This document shows, piece after piece, positions 28,594 to 47,308 of a stretch of 64,000 bases of DNA. The stretch is from the human T2T-CHM13v2.0 reference genome, Homo sapiens. The DNA is taken from assembly GCF_009914755.1 (NCBI RefSeq), contig NC_060932.1, one strand, 5' to 3'. The position numbers and the translations under genes were made by a program. The first letter of the stretch is position 1. The number at the start of each line of letters is the position of its first letter. The notes below the pieces were generated by a model. It saw only the letters and a program-made list of their open reading frames with translations, searched no databases and was not told the DNA's origin.

Positions 28594-30509
28594 TTATGCA
28601 AACCTTCCTAGCATAGTGTGTAGCCAATCCAGTCCTCCTAAAAATACTTTTGTTCCTATACTCATTCCATTGATCCTATAGGCTTGTCTATCTGACAAGG
28701 AATTGCTTATCTGTAGGAAAAATAGCCAAATCTCCTCTAGCCACAAGTCAGATTAAGTGAAATAAAATTATTTGAGCCACAAAACAATGGGAGCAATTTA
28801 AAAGCAAAACATAGGAACCATTTTGGCCCATTTCAGCATGGAGTCCAGTTGGTTTAGGATTAGGAGACTGTTTTAGTGGATACTTAAACCATGTTAGTTT
28901 TAAGGAGTATAGGTCCATGCACAAGCTCAGTGTCTTGGCAGGTTTCCTTCTATGTGGTGGACTATTCATCACACAAGGGGGAAAAGCAGTGCAAATTAGC
29001 ATGAGAAGCATAGCCACCTGCTTGCAGGGCTTTTCGGGGAATCAGCAGCCCAATAATAGTTCTTCAAAGAAACACTGGCTGAGTGTAGGTAAGCTGACCT
29101 TTGCTTAGAGCTTTGATGACCACTAATTACAGCTTTTCTTCTCCAGACTCAGAGTACTCAGCATTTTGTTGCCAAGTTTTCTGAGACCTCTGGCCATTAA
29201 GCCTTCACTGGCAATCTGTTCTGTCTCTGAAAGTCTACTCCCATTGCAAATGGATTTTGACGGTAATGGTCAACACGCCTGGGCAAAGAATGGGTCATGC
29301 CCATTCTTACTGGAAAGATTTGGAACATTTCCCTGTAAATTGTATATTATTTGGATTTATTTCTCTAACTGAATGGACGTTTTTCTATATGTTGCCAAAT
29401 CTTCCAGTAATGCTTCTCATTCAGTGTAATTAAGGAGATTAAAAGTGACAGCATTTTTCTTGTTGAATTAATGATGGGTTTTTACATTTTCACTTTTCAA
29501 AAAATATAATCACCACTGTGTTTTGCAGAAACAATAGTATGATAAAATCAAGGAGAAATACAACTAGAGAAGAGGCAAAAAAATCTCAATATTATGATTA
29601 TAATGGTTTATATTTTTCTTGTCTCAGATTCTTAATTTGTCATTCAAGAATCCTATAAATCTACCCTAGTTTATCTTTCTGGTGTCATCTCCTATATAGA
29701 AATATAGCATATATTTCTTATTTTAGTTAAATGAATGTATTGGTTTCTCTAAACTTTTTCTTTTTTCTTCTCTTATCTTTCTATATATTTGTATTTCTCT
29801 ATGTATTTGTAATACCTTCCACATTCCTGACCAGGACTAGGAAATACTTCTCATTTACAAGTGCTCAGCAACAGTGCCCCTTAATGGGAGCCACAATCCC
29901 TTTCTTCTATGAATTCCTTTTTTTCTACTGCATGTGTTGAAGTAGGTTCATTTTGTTATCGTTATTGTATGCAAACCTATTTCTTAGCTAAGTATTGAAG
30001 CAGCAAGAGTAAGTGAGATACTTGAGAGTATGCAGATAAGAAAAGAAGAAAGCTGAAAATGGATTTCTAGAATACATCGATAAAAACCTGTATAATCAGC
30101 ACACCTCCTTCCCTTTCGCTCTATTTTTTTCTGTTTACTGTATAAACAAATATTCACCTTTCTTTTCTATATCTCAAGGAACTTACTTGAGCTAATTGTT
30201 ATATATAATCTTGCCTGTGTTCTTAAAGCAAAGTATTTCTACAGGTGAGGCCCAAACTGGTGACTCAGTAAGACAGTCCCACTTCTGGAAAATTAAGTCT
30301 TATTTTCCAGATGTGCTTTTCTTTCAGATGCAAATACATGCTACGTGTGGTCACCCGCATGCACTCTCCTCATCCACCCATGCTACTGGCATTTTTATTA
30401 ATAAAATAAAGTAATATGTCATCAGTTCTCATATAAACATCTTTATATGTTTTCTTCTTTTAATTATCTTTCTTCTTTTCCTCCAAGTTTTTCTTCTGCA
30501 AACTGATTA

Positions 30510-31149
<640 letters not shown>

Positions 31150-31162
31150 ACAACTGACTTTT

Positions 31163-32587
<1,425 letters not shown>

Positions 32588-32999
32588 TCATAGTATCACT
32601 GAGCAACAAATGCAACAAGCAGCCAGAGAAAGGATAGGATCAGGGGAGGAAAAGGTAATTTACCATAAAGATAAAATGTCTATTTCAGTTGGGTAAACAG
32701 CAGAGATAGGAAAAAAAATTATCCCTTCAAAATAAAAAAGTTGTTATTATTATAATAAAAGTAATATAGACTTATTGAAACCTAATTTAATGATATCAGT
32801 AATTATCATTATTTTTAACATCTTGCTGTCTATCATGCTATATTAAAATACTTTCATTAACTTAATCAATTGAACTTCACATACAATTTTAAACTATTTT
32901 GTTAATATGCCAAAAATATACCACGTAATACAAGAAATATCTTAATATATCATAAATGTCAACAAATATGGAAGCACAAAGATATAATAACTGCATGTT

Positions 33000-33400
33000 T
33001 CATTACATGATTATATGAGAATTTACATAACTAGTGCTTTGATACACTCACTAGTATTGATTGCTTCTCATTTTTCTATATTTTAAGTAATGCTGTAATA
33101 AACATCTTGTGTACATTTTGTTTGTCTAATTGTTTTAAGATAATTTCTAGAAATTGACTTGATATGTCCTAAGGTATGCACATTTAAATTCTGATATATA
33201 TTTTACCAAATTGCCATTGTGAAAAGCTGTACTAATTTGTTCCTATGAGTAGGATTTGAGAATATGTTTCTTCCAGCCAGTTGCTGCTTAGTGTGTTATC
33301 AATTTTTGAACTTTTGCCATAGTGATTAAAAACTCTGTATTTTACTATCTCATTTCTATGACTATAAAAAACTGGAATATTTTTGTTAATAATTTTATTT
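33000..33400 (-). mobile_element. L1ME relic
   Basis: aatgctgtaataaacatcttgtg...ccaaattgcc... Confidence 0.6.
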
Positions 33401-33573
33401 CTATATGTTACTATATAGTGAACCATATTTGCTATTATATATACAGAAATATAAATTTTGATATATACTGCATACTGTGTTATTTATATCTTAGCTTTAT
33501 ATATAATTATATTTATATATAATTAAAAATTTTTACGTTAAATTTTTACGAAGTCAAGGTAATCTTTTTCTTT

Positions 33574-33694
33574 TTTTTTATTTTATTTTATAGAGATGTG
33601 GTCTCACTGTGTTGCCTAGGCTAGTCTCAAACTCCTGGCCTCAAACTATCATCCCACCTTAGCCTCCCAAAGTGCCGGGATCACAAGTATGAGA
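33574..33694 (-). mobile_element. FLAM_C (free left Alu monomer)
   Basis: Single monomer; 14-bp TSD taatctttttcttt at 33560-33573 and 33695-33708. Confidence 0.85.
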
Positions 33695-33769
33695 TAATCT
33701 TTTTCTTTATACTTTGTGGCCTTTAAATCGGCATCTTAATGTTATGTAAATAATAACACTTATTAACAA

Positions 33770-34010
33770 TATTATAATAATTTACATCGTGTTTTATAGT
33801 TTAGCAAGTGCTAATCTCAGATTCTTAGAAAAACTTATTTATCCATTCAATATTATCTCATTTAATCTTTTCAAAATATCATTTAATCTTCACAAAAGCC
33901 TTGTGAAGGCAGAAAATATGATTGCCATTTAACAGGTAAGGAAATAGATTTAAAATATTTAAGCTTAGATAGTTAGTTAAATGGTAGTTCTGGACTTTAA
34001 ATCTAGTTGA
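33770..34010 (-). mobile_element. MIR relic
   Basis: tcatttaatcttcacaaaagccttgtgaaggcag...ccatttaacaggtaaggaaa. Confidence 0.65.
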
Positions 34011-35315
34011 GAAATTTAAAGCAGACTCTGTCATTACAAAAGCCAGGAAAAATGACTTATTGGTAACACTGATGTCCTGCCTTCCCTGTGCTTTGGACTT
34101 CATAGCCGTTCAAGTTCCTGTTCATACTGATAAAATACACACCTGCAAAATGTCAGTGACAGTAAACAATTTTTTGTGCATCTTAAAAATTATGACTTAT
34201 ACTTAGCAATTTTGTTGTGAGAGTGGATCATTGCTTACTTTCCCAAAGAGCTTTGCATCTCAGGGACCAGCCAGGTTTCACCTTGGAGCTGTTTCTGCAG
34301 ACCAGCTACTGGAACGAGAATCCTGCTAAGGCCATTAACAATTGAATCAGACTATCTGGAGCAGTGGTAGGGATGACTCAGTTACCCCAAAGTGTCCCTG
34401 CAAAGGATGGAAGTCCAGCTGCTTCATGTCCCAGAATGTGGGAAGAGGGCAGGAAAACATATTTGCTGTGAAAGAGCATTTCCCACAAATTTGTTTTCAG
34501 TTAGGGCCTGATGTTGTCTTACTGAAGCCGGGAAGAGGATTGACTTCTCACTCTACTCCTACATTTAGGGAGTTGAGAAATCTTTTCCTGATTCAAGCAA
34601 AAAGAAATTTTGGAAAACTGAAGGGGCTGAAAAACTATTCTTGGAAATCTAGACTGTTTTAAGTAGAATCTTAAGGGAAAAGGGAGAAATTATTGGGAAG
34701 GCCCTCTATCAGTTCTAAAATTGGCTTGAATACTTTGACTCTAATGATTTTTTTTGGTCTGCTATTAATGTCGAAGTTTTTGTTTGTTTGCTTTCTTGGT
34801 TAAAGTTCAAAACAATATGTAGGAAGAATCATGAACATTGGATGTCAACATCCCCAGGATCCTTTCTCTGATAATTGTCTTGGTTTGGGTCAGGCGGCAC
34901 TGTCTATGCCTCGTTTCCACCTCCAGCTCACCTCTATCATAGTTCTTAACGCAAGAGGTTACCGTGAGATTTATTGTCTATCTCTTTTCCCGACTGTGAG
35001 ATTCTTTAATATAAAGATTATTATTTATCTTTGCACCTCAGGGCCAAACTGTCTAGCACAGAAATAGTTTGGAAAAAGTTGGCTATGATTTCCTAAACAC
35101 TGGAATGCCACCACTGAGAGGATGAGAAACCAATACGTTGTTAAATTTGATGTGAAAATCAGCACATAAAATGTTGATTGGTCCAATCAATGATATGGTA
35201 CAACCCTTCACAAGGTGCCGTGAGAGCACAGAGAAGGCCTTCTCTACTTACTCTGGTAGGATTAAAAGAGGCTTCCTGGAGGATGTGACGCTTCGCCTGA
35301 AATCTTACATGCCTT

Positions 35316-35670
35316 CCAATGGTGTGCTGGGGTGGTTCATACTTGTTTAGGAGAGTCAATGGTTAATTTTTCAGGAATTTTGTGAAACAATCTTTAAACA
35401 CAGCCAGTATTTTTTTTAAATCAATCTTTTTGAAACTTAAAACTGAATGAATTTTATTAAAAACAAAAGTAATAAATACTCAAAACTCTTCACTTCCTAA
35501 TTATTTCACCACATTTTGCTATTATCTATGCTCTTAAGGTTATTTATTTCTCTGGTATCTGTATGAGGGCAATTTTCTATATTCAACATTTACACCATGG
35601 AAATTAGCAAAGCCTACAAACCAGAGTAGTAATCTTTTTTTCCCCAGACAGTAGGTTGTTAAATATTCTC
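35316..35670 (+). mobile_element. MER63 hAT DNA transposon
   Basis: ccaatggtgtgctgg terminus; taataaatactcaaaactcttcacttcctaattattt; atttacaccatggaaatt. Confidence 0.8.
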
Positions 35671-35689
35671 TCTGACTCATTAACCATAT

Positions 35690-36040
35690 TCACTTGAACA
35701 ACAAGTCTTGCCTATTCAACCTCATTCATATCTCAAACTCTCAAAAATGTGTCCCCTCTTCACTTGGAAGCCCCTGCTTTCAATCAGGCTTTCTCTGCAC
35801 TACTCTTGCAGTTGCTTCTTAAATGATCTTTGTGCTCCAATCTATTCACTTTCCAGCCCATTTTCTACATGGTAGTCAGAATGATTCTTCCTAAAAACAA
35901 ACTTACCAAGTAATTTCTTTTTTCATTAATCCTCCAATAGCACCTAGAGTTTGCATTCATACATGTAAAGGCTTTCCCTATACTCAAGCACTTTAAGTTA
36001 GGACTTCCCCATTTCTTCTCACTGGGATTCTGTTCAGGTT
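35690..36040 (+). mobile_element. LINE-2 relic; continues in pieces near 36610-36700 and 36975-37060
   Basis: ccattttctacatggtagtcagaatgattcttcctaaaaacaaac. Confidence 0.55.
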
Positions 36041-36047
36041 TTCCAGC

Positions 36048-36293
36048 TTTCTTTCTTTTTCTTTTTCTTTTTTGGCGGAGTCTTGCTCTGTCGCCCAGGC
36101 TGGAGTCTCAGCCTCCCGAGTAGCTGGGACTACAGGCGCCCGCCAACACGCCCGGCTAATTTTTTTTGTATTTTTAGTGGAGATGGGGTTTCACCGTGTT
36201 AGCCAGGATGGTCTCGATCTCCTGACGTTGTGATCCGCCCGCCTCGGCCTCACAAAGTGCCGGGATTACAGGCATGAGCCACCCCGCCCAGCC
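36048..36293 (-). mobile_element. AluY with an internal deletion of about 60 bp
   Basis: AluY diagnostics ccgtgttagccaggatggtctcgatctcc; junction ggagt|ctcagcc at 36106/36107. Confidence 0.92.
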
Positions 36294-36602
<309 letters not shown>

Positions 36603-36707
36603 TGCAGCTTCTCCAAGTGAACTCATGTGCCGTATCATACCTCAGTGCTTGTCTCATTGTGTTTCTTCTACCCAGAATCTCTTATATGACTTGTTTTTAT
36701 TAAAGGA

Positions 36708-36965
36708 GACAGCATAGCTAAGAGCATGTGTTTTTGTCATTTTTCGTCCTCACAGTAGACTGTTTCACTTCTCAGCTGTTACATACCATTTGAGAAAATT
36801 TGGGCAAGTGCATTAACTGCTCTGAGCTTTAGTTTTCTCATCTGAATATAGTAATAACAGTGCTTAACCTCTTGGGGTCATTGGAAAGATTAAGGAAGAA
36901 AAAACACCACAATTCTTTGTGTAGTGCCTAAAATATAATACTAAAGCAAAGTTAGCTTTTATTAT
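36708..36965 (+). mobile_element. MIR
   Basis: ttgggcaagtgcattaactgctctgagctttagttttctcatctg core. Confidence 0.7.
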
Positions 36966-37073
36966 CTTTTGGGAATTTGACTCGTCCTTCAAAATTCAGG
37001 ACACATTTTTGCGCCCTTGGAATAGTCATCCCTGACCACCTCCCCTTGAAGTGTGATTTAAATATCCCTTTTC

Positions 37074-37438
<365 letters not shown>

Positions 37439-38719
37439 CTATAGAGCTTTTCATAATGTAACATTAACTTTTACAAATTATTTTAAATCATAACAAAGTA
37501 ATAGGTTTAACTGGTTTTAAAAACATGCTGAAAGACTGACAAATCCTGTTCTTCTCTGTATCTCTAAATAATAACCATTTTCCTCAAACTTGATTCATTA
37601 ATTTAGACATAACCTATGGAATTCCAATAATGCTAGATAATGATTTTAGCTCTTACAACTCATTGCGTTTTTTCTATTCTATCATTATACTTATTTCACA
37701 ATTTAAAAAAATCCATATTTAGTTTTCATTATCATGATTATGTAAATATGATATAGAATTAAATAGGGTATTGTGCTATGAATATATTTACATTTTTGGG
37801 GGGATTGCTTCTGTTTGTCCGTCCACCCGCCCACCCGCCCTCCCTTTCCTTCCTTCCTTCCTTCCCCACACCCCCTGCCTTAGTTGACTGGTAGGGGTAT
37901 CAGTTAGAAATTTGGCTATTTACTTGTAGAATTGCCCCCACCACCTCCAGAAAACATCAGTATCTCTAGACGTTCGCTTGAGAGTAGGTCAATGTTTCTA
38001 GATACTTCTTCCAATTTTCTGCCAGGAGCTAGGGGTATCGAGTGATATCAAGTTTGACTGCCTGTGTCCTGTGCTTGGGTGAGGGTTGGCTGTCTTACTG
38101 TTCAGGAGGAAGTATGTTATTTACCCCCTCGTTTTTAATTTGAGGACTTACCCTTGCTCTCCTCTCTGCATTGTGTTTCCAAGTTCAGGGTCTCTGTGGT
38201 TCAGTTATTCCACAGATTATTACCCTCATATCCTTCCAACTGAACTCAACTCCCTGGGGGTGGAGCTGGGGGATATTGGTGTATAATTTCCTTTTATACC
38301 TTTTTTCCTCTAATGCCTATGCAACATCTGAGCGTGAGGTAATGGCACCTGCCAGGGTTTTAGATAAGCACAAACTGTGTAGAAGAGGTTAGAAAGTTGT
38401 CCACAATGAATTAAAACTTTCCTGCAGTTATGTATAGAACACATGAAAGGGCTGGAACATAAGAGATTGATTGTATTTAAATACATTTTTATTTTAAGAA
38501 TGGTTGATGAGTAAGTTGGAAATAAATGCATTCGGTGGGACAGAAACATAAGAAAGACTTGTACATTTTTAATGATGAGTCAAATATGGAAAGCTTGACC
38601 AGCAGACATAATTTTAGCACCTGTAGATGAACTACGGCGTTGTTTTATAATGTGGAAGAAAAACTCAAGTTTGTAAAGAAGGCCTTTAGTATTTCCAAGA
38701 ATTGCAAATAAGAGTGTCC

Positions 38720-38885
38720 TCTATATATCATGCACTTTATGTTCCTTATTTCGTTTAATCCTCACAACCACTATCTGAGATGGGAACTTTTACCATCCCC
38801 ATTTCCAACAGGAGTCAACTGACTTAGAGTCTGACATAATTAGGTAAAAGCAAGAATGAAATCCTGACAGTCTAAGGCAAGAGCT
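38720..38885 (-). mobile_element. MIR relic
   Basis: tttaatcctcacaaccactatctgagatggg...catccccatttcc. Confidence 0.65.
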
Positions 38886-39159
38886 TAGAATTTTTGAGCA
38901 TTACGTTGTACTGTCTCCCAGGAAAGCATATGCCAATTGGCAAACAATCTGTTGCTAACTTGCCACTTAGACTTCCTAGGATAAAATTGCTGACCATCTT
39001 TCTTTCTGTGTGATTCAAATAGGATGGGGTGACTATTGGCTTTGTGACTAATTTTGTGTCTGTAATTTGAAAAAAATAGCACAGTGCTCACACTCTGTCT
39101 TAGTGCACATACTGTGCCATTGCCCATTTGCCCAATTCTGTTCCAAAGATCCATCACAT

Positions 39160-39461
39160 GGTCAGGTGCAGTGGCTCACGTCTGTAATCCCAGCACTTTG
39201 GGAGGCTGAGGCAGGTGAATCACCTGAGGTCAGGAGTTCAAGACCAGCCTGACCAATATGGTGAAATCCCGCCTCTACTAAAAATATAAAAATTAGCTGG
39301 GAGTGGTGGTGTGTACCTATAATCCCAGCTACTCAGGAGGCTGAGACAGGAGAATCTCTTGAACCCAGGATGTGGAGGTTGCTATGAGCCAAGATTGTGC
39401 CACTGCACTCCAGCCTGGGCGAGAGAGCAAGACTTCATCTCAAGAACAAAACAAAACAAAA
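39160..39461 (+). mobile_element. AluSx
   Basis: Full dimer; TSD atccatcaca at 39149-39158 and 39462-39471. Confidence 0.95.
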
Positions 39462-41119
39462 ATCCATCACACTAACAGCTGCTTTTTTTGATTGTAATGG
39501 ATTGAACAGGATTTCTGCTATAGGAAACAGTAAATGAGACAGCAGCTTTATTGTCATGTGACTTAATTTTACCTCTTCTCTTGGTGCTATGTTTTTGACA
39601 TTATTTTAATGATAGATTTTTCTATCAAAATTGAGTTTCTCTAGTTACTTGACATTCAGAAAGAAGGTTGAATTCTTTGTCAAATGAATATTTATTGGAA
39701 AGGTGGTAGTGGAGTGGGTCCGTATGACTGCCTAATATGAAAATCAATTTGAGCATTCAATCAGCTCCAAATTCAGATACTTCAAGGGGATTGTTGAACT
39801 CCATGTATACCCTCATGCTACCTAGAAGTGAAGAGAGACCAAACTCTAGGCATGATAGAGCAAGTAATAGGAACATTTGAATTGAAACTTATGATTACTT
39901 TGAGAATCAACTGAGTGGTGCACAGTAGAAATCTAATAAGGTTCACACACATAATAAGATCCAGAAATAAAATGTAAAGAGCACCAAAAGTCATTCAAAT
40001 TTCAAAGGAATTCACTGCTATTCTTATGTAATCCTCCATGTCATTCTTATGATTTCAATCCTGCCAAGTGGACATAGCAACCATCTCTGGAACTGCATAA
40101 CAAGGTGAGCTGAGATAGAGAACATGGAACTGGTGCTGAACTATATCCACACATTACCTCTTTTCTTAAAGAAGTAAATCTTGTTGGCTGCTGGGTTCTG
40201 TGTACATGATCTGAAAGCTCTGTGGCAGGGAGGACTCTGAATCAAAAACAGCTCCCCACATTATTCATGACCATAGACTTATGCCTCCTCATTGGAAGAA
40301 ATCTTAGATATCTTTAAAGTGGAGATCTATGAATAAAAAGTCACAGATCAAAGAGTAGAAACATTTATAGTCATGAATGCTTTTTAAGTAATTCATATAA
40401 AAGCTTTCACATCATACATTTTGCTTACTTTGAACATCCTGTTTTGGATCCTATGAGGTGCCTGTGGGTTAAATGTGATATGAATATTGGCAGTTGAAGC
40501 AGGCGGAGTTCTATTGGAGGACAACTTGTAGTGGTCTAAGTGGTCATTCTGAGGCAGACAGCAAAAATTATAAAATAATTTGGAAACTATGCATTTAATA
40601 TGGCAGGAACATAAGCCATCAGCAAATAATCTTATTATATAAGCTACCATGTTTGCTCCTTTTAATTACTTTATGGAATTGTGACTCAATGAAAATAGAA
40701 AAATAAAATGGTGGCATAGAAGACTCATTTTAAGAGCAGAAATCTCTGTTTTCTTAATATTTAACTTATTTATTGATTCATTAATTTATCAAATAAACAT
40801 ATGTGGAGTGCCTATTAATATAGTAGACATTCCAAATGTTGCCTTCTTGTATGACCCTGAACAAGGCATTTGAATTCTGAGAGTTAATCTCTCTTTTTTT
40901 TTTCTTTTATTATTATTATACTTTAAGTTTTAGGGTACATGTGGACAATGTGCAGGTTACTTACATATGTATACATGTGCCATGCTGGTGTGCCGCATCC
41001 ATTAACTTATCATTTAGCATTAGGTATATCTCCTAAAGCTATCCCTCCCCCCGCCCCCCACCCCACAACAGACCCCAGAGTGTGATGTTCCCCTTCCTGT
41101 GTGCATGTGTTCTCATTGT

Positions 41120-44942
<3,823 letters not shown>

Positions 44943-45005
44943 TATGATGTTAGCTGGTTATTTTGCTCATTAGTTGATGCAGTTTCTTCCTAGGCTCAAT
45001 GGTCT

Positions 45006-46021
45006 TTACAATTTGGCATGATTTTGCAGTGGCTGATACTGGTTGTTCCTTTCCATGTTTAATGTTTCCTTCAGGAGCTCTTGTAGGGCAGGCCTGGTGG
45101 TGACAAAATCTCTCAGCGTTTGCTTGTCTGTAAAGTGTTTTATTTCTCCTTCACTTATGAAGCTTAGTTTGGCTGGATATGAAATTCTGGGTTGAAAATT
45201 CTTTTCTTTAAGAAGTTGAATATTGGCCCCCACTTTCTTCTGGCTTGTAGGGTTTCTGCCGAGAGATCCGCTGTTAGTCTGTTGGGCTTCCCTTTGTGGG
45301 TAACCCGACCTTTCTCTCTGGCTGCCCTTAACATTTTTTCCTTCATTTCAACTTTGGTGAATCTGACAATTACGTGTCTTGGAGTTGCTCTTCTCGAGGA
45401 GTATCTTTGTGGCATTCTCTGTATTTTCTGAATCTGAATGTTGGCCTGCCTTGCTAGATTGGGGAAGTTCTCCTGGATAATATCCTGCAGAGTGTTTTCC
45501 AACTTGGTTCCATTCTCCCCATCACTTTCAGGTACACCAATCAGACGTAGATTTGGTCTTTTCACATAGTCCGATATTTCTTGGAGGCTTTGTTCATTTC
45601 TTTTTATTCTTTTTTCTCTAAACTTCCCTTCTTGCTTCATTTCATTCATTTCATCTTCCATCGCTGATATCCTTTCTTCCAGTTGATCGCATCGGCTCCT
45701 GAGGCTTCTGCATTCTTCACGTAGTTCTCAAGCCTTGTCTTTCAGCTCCGTCAGCTCCTTTAAGCACTTCTCTGTATTGGTTATTCCTGTTATATATTCG
45801 TCTAAATTTTTTTCAAAGTTTTCAACTTCTTTGCCTTTGGTTTGAATTTCCTCCTGTAGCTCGGAGTAGTTTGATCATCTGAAGCCTTCTTCTCTCAACT
45901 CATCAAAGTCATTCTCCGTCCAGCTTTGTTCCATTGCTGGTGAGGAGCTGCGTTCCTTTGGAGGAGGAGAGGCGCTCTGCTTTTTAGAGTTTCCAGTTTT
46001 TCTGTTCTGTTTTTTCCCCAT
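45006..46021 (-). pseudogene. ORF1: L1 ORF1, disrupted
   Basis: ATG at 46021-46019 (atggggaaaaaac); fragments 45164-45661 and 45006-45233 lie in different frames. Confidence 0.92.
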
Positions 46022-47013
46022 CTTTGTGGTTTTATCTACTTTCGGTCTTTGATGATAGTGATGTCCAGATGGGTTTTTGGTGTGGATGTCCTTTCTGTTT
46101 GTTAGTTTTCCTTCTAACAGAGAGGACCCTCAGCTGCACGTCTGTTGGAGTTTCCTAGCGGTCCACTCCAGACCCTGTTTGCCTGCAGCGGTGGCTGCAG
46201 AACAGTGGATTTTCATGAACCGTGAATGCTGCTGTCTGATCGTTCCTCTGGAAGTTTTGTCTCAGAGGAGTACCCAGCCCTGTGAGGTGTCAGTCTGCTC
46301 CCGCTGGGGGGTGCCTCCCAGTTAGGCTGCTTGGGGGTCAGGGGTCAGGGACCCACTTGAGGAGGCAGTCTGCCAGTTCTCAGATCTCCAGCTGTGTGCT
46401 GGGAGAACCACTGCTCTCTTCAAAGCTGTCAGACAGGGACATTTAAGTCTACAGAGGTTACTGCTGTCTTTTTGTTTGTCTGTGCCCTGCCCCCAGAGGT
46501 GGAGCCTACAGAGGCAGGCAGGCCTCCTTGAGTTGTGGTTGGCTCCACCCAGTTCGAGCTTCCGGGCTGCTCTGTTTACCTAAGCAAGCCTGGGCAATGG
46601 CGGGTGCCCCTCCCCTAGCCTTGCTGCTGCCTTGCTGTTTGATCTCAGACTGCTGTGCTAGCAATCAGGGAGACTCCATAGGCGTAGGACCCTCCCAGCC
46701 ATGTGCGGGATATAATCTCCTGGTGCACCATTTTTTAAGCCCGTTGGAAAAGCGCAGTATTAGGGTGGGAGTGACCCGATTTTCCAGGTGTCGTCTGTCA
46801 TCCCTTTCTTTGACTAGGAAAGGGAACTCCCTGACCCCTTGCTCTTCCTGAGTGAGGCAATGCCTCACCCTGCTTCGGCTCGCTGCACCCACTGTCCTGC
46901 GCCCTCTGTCTGGCACTCCCTAGTGAGATGAACCCGGTACCTCAGATGGAAATGCAGAAATCACCCGTCTTCTGCGTCGCTCACGCTGGGAGCTGTAGAC
47001 CGGAGCTTTTCCT
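46022..47013 (-). promoter_or_regulatory. L1 5'UTR carrying the sense promoter (minus) and antisense promoter (plus)
   Basis: Homology to the L1PA 5'UTR; relatively GC- and CpG-rich for this window. Confidence 0.75.
46597..46851 (+). CDS. ORF0: L1 antisense ORF0 (84 codons), open; expression unknown
   Basis: gggcaATGG context; translation MAGAPP...LISDCCASNQ...GVGPS matches ORF0. Confidence 0.6.
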   Translation: MAGAPPLALLLPCCLISDCCASNQGDSIGVGPSQPCAGYNLLVHHFLSPLEKRSIRVGVTRFSRCRLSSLSLTRKGNSLTPCSS

Positions 47014-47029
47014 CTCTTTTTTTTTCTTT

Positions 47030-47308
47030 GAGACAGAGTCTTGCTCTGTGGCCCAGGCTGGAGTGCAGTGGCGTGATCTCGGCTCACTGAAAGCTCTGCA
47101 TCCCGGGTTCATGCCATTCTCCTGCCTCAGCCCCCCATGTAGCTGGGACTACAGGTGGGTGCCACCACACCCAGCTAATTTTTGTATTTTTAGTAGAGAC
47201 GGGGTTTCACTGTGTTAGCCAGGATGGTCTCTATCACCTGACCTCGTGATCCACCCACTTTGGCCTCCCAAAGTGCTGGGATTACAGGCGTGAGCCACTG
47301 CGCCTGAC
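47030..47308 (-). mobile_element. AluY whose tail was duplicated by the L1 insertion
   Basis: AluY diagnostics; right TSD aatctcttcttttt at 47309, left copy aatctctcttttt at 40886. Confidence 0.93.
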
